Positions 59,701 through 64,000 of a stretch of DNA of 64,000 bases are shown here, piece after piece; the first letter of the stretch is position 1; each line of letters begins with the position of its first letter. This stretch comes from a virus. The notes under the pieces were generated by a model that was given only the letters and a program-made list of their open reading frames with translations, was not told the DNA's origin and did not search any database. Where the stretch lies: the IMG/VR virus record IMGVR_UViG_3300045988_034373, positions 64,001 to 128,000 of that record; one strand, written 5' to 3'. The translations under genes were made by a program, and so were the position numbers.

Positions 59701-62461
59701 GGAGGCACAAGCAAGTGAAGAAGGTACTGAGAGTGATTTAGAGGCTAAGAAGAAGGCTCAGTGGTATGCTAAAGATGACCCAGGATTTAAAGTATATACC
59801 TTTGCTGGATACAGGTCTGGTATAGGTGTGGAAATGGCTCATGGTTCTATAGCAGTTGATGCTGATAACAATGTCAATATTGTTAATTCAGGTAGGAAGT
59901 ACAAGAATGCTTCTGGTGAACTTGTGGATGAAACTAAGGGCGATTTACAAGCCCTACTTAACTTAGAAACATTTAGAAATGGCTCAGTTAAGATTCCATT
60001 TAATACTTATAATACTGCTACTACATTGTTAGCTGATATTAGAAGTGCTATAATGTTTGCTAGAACTAACGGTGCTGCACTATCAGGTGTTAAGAAACTA
60101 ATAAGGGAGTTCCCTCCTGCTAGTAAGCTAGCTTCAGCTGTTACTGGAGAGTTACAAGTTAAGTATGTCAATTCATTCTATCAACAGACAGACCAGACCA
60201 TTGAAATGGGTGATAAAACTACTCCTAATAGGAAGTTAGTAGTATATACCCTTAAAGACAGAAGTGGTAATCCGATTGCAGAGTTTACTGTAGGAGTTCT
60301 TCCTGGAGAGTTTACTTTAGATAACTGGGTTCAGAACTATGTCGGAGAGGATAAGAACATCCAATCTAAATGGAAGAGGTTGAGTGAGTTACTTGCTAAA
60401 GGTAATGAAATAACTAAAAAGAATGGCGGACGTACAGTATATATCCCATTAGGAACCGACTTTGCACTAGGTCCTAATATTATTTCTAACACTAAGATTA
60501 GTAAAGTAGATTCTAGTGGTAGAGCCTACGTAGATGGTGCTACATTAAAAATAGTTCCATTTAGTGAGTTTAAGAATGCTAAATCAAGAATTGTATCTGA
60601 CGTTTACATTATGACTAATGTAGGTGTTAATAACGAGTTCTATGATAAGTCCTTAGCTGGTAAGGCGGTCGCATTCGTAACTACTAAGAAAGACTTTGCT
60701 TATAAGGGAATAAAAGCATCAAATGACCCTAACATTCTTGCGGAAGCATGGATGGAAACAAGGGGAAATACAGATGCTGACAAGTTAGACGATGTGGTTA
60801 AAGTTGTTAAACTTGACCCAATCGGTGTTAACTTTGAGGAGTATATTAATGGAGTTAGTGCTTTCAGAAGAGAGTTAGCTAATAAGACTGGTAATGCAAA
60901 GATGTTCAGTCCTCCAGGAAATAAATATACTGCTGCTCGTATCTTTATGAATCTATTACAATTTGACTTAGACCTAAAAAGTGCTCTTGTAACTGGTCAA
61001 ACAGTACATGGTGTGTCTATAGTCGAAGGAGATAAGTTTAGATATGAGAATGGAAAGGTGGACATACCTAGTAGTAAAGCAACAGAGTTAATTAGTAGCT
61101 TAGATTCAATGATGGCTTCTGCTGTTAATAGAATCTATGGTAAGAATGACGCTGAAAAGTTAGCCACAACTAATGTAGAATGGGGACTTACTGGTGAAGT
61201 TACTCAGACTGCAATAGATAAGCTTAACAATGCTGTACTAAATAGGTTTGATAATTACCTTGAGAACTTACAGAGTTATAAGGATGGAGAAATCTTAGCT
61301 GAGTTTGCTGACTCATATTCATTTACATTGGCTAAGTTATTCCATAATTACTTTGCAGAATTTAGGGTAGATTCTAAGAACTATGGATTAAGAACTGATG
61401 CACAATCTCAGAATCTACTAAAGACTGTAACTAAAGTTCTTCAAAACTACGAGCAAAGCTCATTTAAAGAGGGTATTTACTATACTCCTGTTTATAAGAG
61501 TAGTGCTGAAGGTGGTGGTATAGCTACAGCAATGGCATACCCTGCTATCAATATGGTTAACAACTTTACGGTGGATGTGGAAGCACAGACTCCAGATTTT
61601 GTTATCACTGGTGAAGCTTTGCAAAGACTTGCAAATGGTATTGAACAATATATGTCTAGTAGACCTACTCAAAGACCAGTAGAACATGATTATACTATGG
61701 ATAACGCTAAAGCCGTTTTAGCAGCTAAAGCTAAATTCAAGTATGATGAACAGTTCAAAGGTATATTTGAAACGGCTTCTGACATAGTTGCTAAATCACT
61801 ACCATCAAATAAACCAGCTCTTGATAAGGATATTGCAAATTCAATCTATAGTACAATTAAGAGAATGGCAGCTGATAGGAAACAGAATTTAGTAGATTCT
61901 AGTACTGAAGGCTTCATTATCAGTGTACAAGGTAATATTACTTCAGATGGTGTCATGGACTTAAAGTTCAATACACTGGGAGGAACACTAAGAACAATGC
62001 TTAACCAGCCAGTAACTAACATCAGTGTTGATGGAAGTGAAGGTAGTGCTTTGTATTCTGGAAAATTTGAGGTAAATTTGCAACCATATCAATGGACGAT
62101 GGATAGCACAGGTAAGGTTACTTACACTGAAATCCAAAATCCAGTTGCTGACGAAGGTCAAAAGGCTGAGAACTTAGCAAAGCTTGAAGCTGAGACACAA
62201 AAGTTGGAAGCAAGGAAAGAGAAGATACTTAACGAGTTGGTTAGTGGCATGAAGGAACCCATAGTTACTAAAGTAAAGGAAAGTGTAGACATAATACTTT
62301 CTGGAGATTTAGGTACTAAGGAGTATACTAGAGCCAAGACATTCGTCGCTAAGGCATTCTCACTAGCTCCATCCAACTTAAAGAGTGAGTGGGATTCATT
62401 GTTATCTGATTATATCAATAACAAGGATGCCATAAATAACATATTAGGAACTTGTAATTAA
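53771..62461 (+). CDS. giant multidomain protein (2896 aa) with embedded SF1 helicase/ATPase core
   Basis: 8.7-kb ORF with hydrophobic segments near the N-terminus (APMFVPYVGPVYIGLGIA, VFWGYMAGMYALM). SF1 motifs are GVPGAGKT (58220-58243), LFIDEATHF, MLGDTEQSG, AQGSEAKYFIV and YTIATRSEEG. Confidence 0.9.
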   Translation: MDNKKPNDWMLNVLQNPSFSLSDFKAVGIDGNNTSIEDREVYANNKIIQSNPQFQDSDGNFDNTKFNQFYDGALQSYQLLANNTFNETVMDEATFGFNNIWAPKESSKRTQPEFQINRTFNPDRRKMGVEKVGFVSDRTLTAAEIAQTQKVFDPETGEWDESPNDAWLGRNWFQPVALAQWDSDDYHIDPETNRKVRHRKGELKLNEEGTYYYEKLGSREPYGRQLLSPFDVLTTDGSKANKYDFFDSDSLDKSVFGSIMKNTFKIAPMFVPYVGPVYIGLGIANELAKVLPIIYKTTFGLAGASTDWANKLEGFAYSMDSGTSEYAKQHPWAAENILNMVGDVAKQLYEQRWIFTNAPRLFKSYGISSKNGTPSELDKQIAKLAEEYTQTAVKDIPKVLKSLEATGSLDIIQKEALAKATIWGQNYMKSYENWGKHLSRLYMTGTASYNAFSDAKEEGASDEQAAAVFWGYMAGMYALMSTDIGEHVLPELRMDKAQIRKLIQDVSQQAKQSISTNAIKAESKEASKNIFAKLFNSAKSFAQNNYKAIADGSTSIMSNALAEGVEEVSEEVLYDVTKATFNAISYFTGNERRLSAFNDMASRYSMSFFGGAIGGGMFQGINDIKIRKSYDSSNMQANQELIYLIRQGRGEEIYKALEDMKKKGVLGDKNLSATKVDKVDDKYVYQQGTDKDNQNDAIYSLMKDYVSNIEQVLSVEGMKLSDASLLDKQMLSELRYQELFKNAPSTGKILQDFNNLADRFLTLHSKIDEINATYSDENGKKSKEYADAMAAVQQQIDDAKKEQYEFLHTGMRGKYLGMMMFSANPVISKPFIDMNFRMYAESKYNKDFELLSEDDIAKAKEDYNNYLQYDANSKLDMAYGVFRNMNEKLSPIFQETGELGYKQYAQLKRNFYNASMSLTGADGVAKPTTISDILGGMFGNKNATDEDILEMAENLKKPRIKEAKEHPFDEISRFLSYSMPTVDGSAISNGAILVRQLNQAADVFMANGYIDKEVADSMRKLVDQIVTVNRDIYHCDMEDAYYDVSDEAGDAIRNWVDQDLTVANIKEKTQELVEKLKSIEGLNDAQQNMLNTIIDDIKRQSNSTLAQNLPILNDANALLKKLDTAKTNPLYDVLSKIGVNVIGKKTNVFDLLQEIEQQFNEVHISDFALDNKLKQEQIKDARKILSAARSVIYASQYDNLDASNPFGFNVTLKEFYQKNGIEDAPELGIIDSEIATIMNRDLDRIESKLDFIERLSNLNKESQLKEQRRTSVNMNYLFYDVVGDENSFLYTKMVDGQPQLKGIDGEVLLNDKVREAINNATTLRQFTEDQDRTLDVSDEDYISMEKERVLIEDALYDRFQEISHGKDQVEAIKSILFDGGLSYEGIAKGSEGIRSVTKSLSDSEKLAYASGILGIKSSDFLSQYYTVIKSDTSKLAPIATQEFAARIAYTLASNRGFINNVVKAADIPNNFGSTALLNTVFIEGVPGAGKTKAVVKIVYQMLKASNPNVKTWTAGPRQKQSDNLAGEIGAEHNTSFTKETLFTKLGISPEYVNDVNNIRIVVSSSNKKSVEIVGLDEREYSKDDLPSVLFIDEATHFTNGELQVISDFAAKNNVAVIMLGDTEQSGKNQLWKVKDGNNEVPVYNSFVSTFSISSPKLTVSMRASNTNKRDNLNNIRSLMEPLRATNTDMAVSEKWSFLSNNLEVKYTQDESGIHGEKVQASLDSSDLDLMLSTLKEGETIGYIYDNTESDTYKMLNSLPSEKKDKIEFFTEESAQGSEAKYFIVDIDWSKKRSAGSETAESSIEVSNFIKSLYTIATRSEEGTVIINNYLTEVAGQNAFIESDYNAPTSYTDESLADYKEKRLRALEEILKGYTPSNPAIAPVVPGGQPVTDKPAIVPKLKEGAWIQMNDGSKWRIMSVEETEYVIASQDKTEYLRQPIEQVDAMLGVSVHLTTEPTKPAILPEGGKRPDLQQVLIEEAQASEEGTESDLEAKKKAQWYAKDDPGFKVYTFAGYRSGIGVEMAHGSIAVDADNNVNIVNSGRKYKNASGELVDETKGDLQALLNLETFRNGSVKIPFNTYNTATTLLADIRSAIMFARTNGAALSGVKKLIREFPPASKLASAVTGELQVKYVNSFYQQTDQTIEMGDKTTPNRKLVVYTLKDRSGNPIAEFTVGVLPGEFTLDNWVQNYVGEDKNIQSKWKRLSELLAKGNEITKKNGGRTVYIPLGTDFALGPNIISNTKISKVDSSGRAYVDGATLKIVPFSEFKNAKSRIVSDVYIMTNVGVNNEFYDKSLAGKAVAFVTTKKDFAYKGIKASNDPNILAEAWMETRGNTDADKLDDVVKVVKLDPIGVNFEEYINGVSAFRRELANKTGNAKMFSPPGNKYTAARIFMNLLQFDLDLKSALVTGQTVHGVSIVEGDKFRYENGKVDIPSSKATELISSLDSMMASAVNRIYGKNDAEKLATTNVEWGLTGEVTQTAIDKLNNAVLNRFDNYLENLQSYKDGEILAEFADSYSFTLAKLFHNYFAEFRVDSKNYGLRTDAQSQNLLKTVTKVLQNYEQSSFKEGIYYTPVYKSSAEGGGIATAMAYPAINMVNNFTVDVEAQTPDFVITGEALQRLANGIEQYMSSRPTQRPVEHDYTMDNAKAVLAAKAKFKYDEQFKGIFETASDIVAKSLPSNKPALDKDIANSIYSTIKRMAADRKQNLVDSSTEGFIISVQGNITSDGVMDLKFNTLGGTLRTMLNQPVTNISVDGSEGSALYSGKFEVNLQPYQWTMDSTGKVTYTEIQNPVADEGQKAENLAKLEAETQKLEARKEKILNELVSGMKEPIVTKVKESVDIILSGDLGTKEYTRAKTFVAKAFSLAPSNLKSEWDSLLSDYINNKDAINNILGTCN

Positions 62462-62471
62462 ACAAAGAATT

Positions 62472-64000
62472 ATGCGTTGTATTGTTACTAATGACAAAAA
62501 AGAGATTATTATTGATTCGTTAAACAGTGTCTTTAATGATACTGAATTGATAACCTTAGAGGCTAAGTTCAAGAGATTGGGGGAAGACCTTTCCCCTATT
62601 CTTGTCTTAGACGATGAGCGTTCTATAAGTGTTATATCAGACATTATCAATGAGTGGATTCCAGAAGCTCGTGATGTGGCTGAAATGTTTGAAGATGATG
62701 TCCAACTAGCTCTATTAACTGAGTTAGAAGAAACAAAGGATTTACGAATTACTGACCTTAGAAAGTCAGGTGTAGCTCCAGCTAATAAGGCTGCTGCTAA
62801 TTTAAATATGGACATCAGAGAGGAATCTTTAATTGATTATCAAGAGAAGATTACTTCTTCTACCATCAGTAATCTGTATAGTAGTGCTCAGCAACCTCGA
62901 AATCTAATGCAAGATGAGTTAAGGCGTAGTGTTATATCATCATTCCTCGTAGATTTTAAGGAGGGACGAATCGTTAGAAGTTCTCAGGAATTTAATAAGA
63001 ATCTAGCTGCCCTATTTAATAGACTATTAGCAGATTTAAAGATATATGCAGAGGAGGTTAAAGTCGATTTTGATAATTCTCTACTGCTATATGATGAAGA
63101 TGGCAAATATACAGGACAGTTCTCAGTTGTACAGAAGTTAGCTGATACTCTCTTCGGTGATAAGTTTAATGCTACATACCTTGATCACCTATATGCTACT
63201 AGAACAAGTAGCTTTAGAAGTTCTAAGGCATTAAAAGCATATAACTCATATGTAATTCTAAATAACTTTGATACATTGTTAAAGACCTTACTTGGTAAGA
63301 CTATAACTATTGACCAAAGATATGTAGATTCTTTTACTGATGTTACAAATGACAAGTATAAGTTGCTTGACAATTCTAACTTAGTAAAGACATGGAGAAG
63401 CTCTGATGATGTAGATGCCCTATCTGAAATGGGTAATATCACTAAGATATTGCTAGAGCAGACTCCCATGTTACATTATCCGACTGGAGAGAATAAATTC
63501 AATAACTATCTGGAGGTAAAGGACTTTACTTATGTCTTCAATAAACTTAAGAACATTCCAATCTTCTCTGAAATAGCGGATAAGATTAGGTTTGCACCTA
63601 ACAAGTTTATTCCAAAATTGATTGACACTGCACTTAAAACTAATACTAGAGGATTGACTGCCCATGATAAGGACATTATATTCTCTGTACAAAGAAGGTT
63701 CTATAAGAACAATTTTGACCCCTATGGTGATTCTGAGTATTCTCTAACTGAGATTATCAATAAGGAGTACAAAGAAGGTCAGAATGGTGTTCTTAGTCAG
63801 AATTTAGTTGACTTTGTATCTGGAATGATTGACAAGACTGTATCTACTAACCATATTGGGTATAGACCATCTGACTCTGGCAACATGGAGATATTTGATG
63901 TTAAGGATAATAATCTTAATAGTCACAAGCTGATTATTGAGAAAGGTATCAATAACATTAATAATACTCTATCAACTGAGTATAGAAGAGATTTACTTGA
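62472..64000 (+). CDS. large protein, N-terminal part (runs off window; not in ORF track)
   Basis: I read no stop from ATG62472 (MRCIVTNDKKEIIIDSL...) to the window end, which is at least 509 codons. The minus-strand ORFs here are shadows. Confidence 0.75.
   Translation, partial: MRCIVTNDKKEIIIDSLNSVFNDTELITLEAKFKRLGEDLSPILVLDDERSISVISDIINEWIPEARDVAEMFEDDVQLALLTELEETKDLRITDLRKSGVAPANKAAANLNMDIREESLIDYQEKITSSTISNLYSSAQQPRNLMQDELRRSVISSFLVDFKEGRIVRSSQEFNKNLAALFNRLLADLKIYAEEVKVDFDNSLLLYDEDGKYTGQFSVVQKLADTLFGDKFNATYLDHLYATRTSSFRSSKALKAYNSYVILNNFDTLLKTLLGKTITIDQRYVDSFTDVTNDKYKLLDNSNLVKTWRSSDDVDALSEMGNITKILLEQTPMLHYPTGENKFNNYLEVKDFTYVFNKLKNIPIFSEIADKIRFAPNKFIPKLIDTALKTNTRGLTAHDKDIIFSVQRRFYKNNFDPYGDSEYSLTEIINKEYKEGQNGVLSQNLVDFVSGMIDKTVSTNHIGYRPSDSGNMEIFDVKDNNLNSHKLIIEKGINNINNTLSTEYRRDLL

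Noticed and set aside
63063-63080. VDFDNS in the partial last ORF, considered as a possible D-x-D-x-D RNA polymerase metal-binding loop.
   Set aside because: The third Asp is absent, and only about 500 aa of the protein are visible. One short acidic string is not evidence for an RNAP active site.
1931-63692. All minus-strand ORFs in the track (60-166 aa), for example 2159-2659, 40189-40521 and 62444-62815.
   Set aside because: Each lies fully inside a longer + strand ORF that has recognisable motifs or operon context. Their translations are low-complexity, Ser/Leu/Ile-rich shadow sequences. I saw no promoter or terminator signals on the minus strand.
1-64000. tRNA genes, CRISPR arrays, integrase or transposase genes, and long terminal or inverted repeats.
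   Set aside because: The few intergenic gaps (about 15.6, 16.4, 46.7 and 47.1 kb) contain promoters or terminators but no cloverleaf-like GTTCGAAT/T-arm signatures or spaced direct repeats. No recombinase motifs were seen. A proper tRNAscan and repeat search is still needed.

Overview
The window is visibly AT-rich, and every credible gene is on the + strand. Genes are tightly packed, and many stops overlap the next start (ATGA, GTGA or TAATG). The gene content and the promoters of the form TTTG-N19/20-TAnnTTTG point to a lytic phage of a Bacteroidota host, probably crAss-like. That assignment is inference only.

Layout:
- 1-1.4 kb: the end of a membrane or lysis-like cluster.
- 1.4-46.6 kb: a replication, recombination and nucleotide-metabolism module. 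It includes an SF2 helicase, a DnaB-like helicase, an AAA ATPase, an SSB-like protein, a primase, an Hjc-like resolvase, a RecB-like nuclease, an Mre11-like phosphoesterase, NrdD/NrdG, a Dda/RecD-like helicase, dUTPase, an ATP-dependent DNA ligase, family-A DNA polymerase, ThyX and UDG. Many small acidic accessory genes are interspersed.
- 46.8-64 kb: after a strong promoter, a block of giant proteins (1596 aa, 604 aa, 2896 aa, and a further ORF that runs off the window). These are probably virion or ejected proteins.

Most notable observations:
1. Four tandem paralogs share only an N-terminal SD-x-x-TNSSSE block. They are translationally coupled to a radical SAM enzyme (9.8-12.7 kb).
2. An RNA-repair set is present: an Rnl2-like ligase, a CCA-adding enzyme and Pnkp.
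3. An island centred on NAD and ADP-ribose contains a nicotinamidase remnant, NMNAT, an NDT-like protein, Nudix and a SLOG-like protein. A DUF2829/Tad2-like gene lies elsewhere in the window.
4. Four accessory genes carry five interruptions. Each is repaired by skipping exactly one base at a TTT run.
5. A complete SF1 helicase core is embedded in the 2896-aa protein.

I saw no tRNA, rRNA, CRISPR array, integrase or transposase. All minus-strand ORFs in the track look like shadow ORFs.
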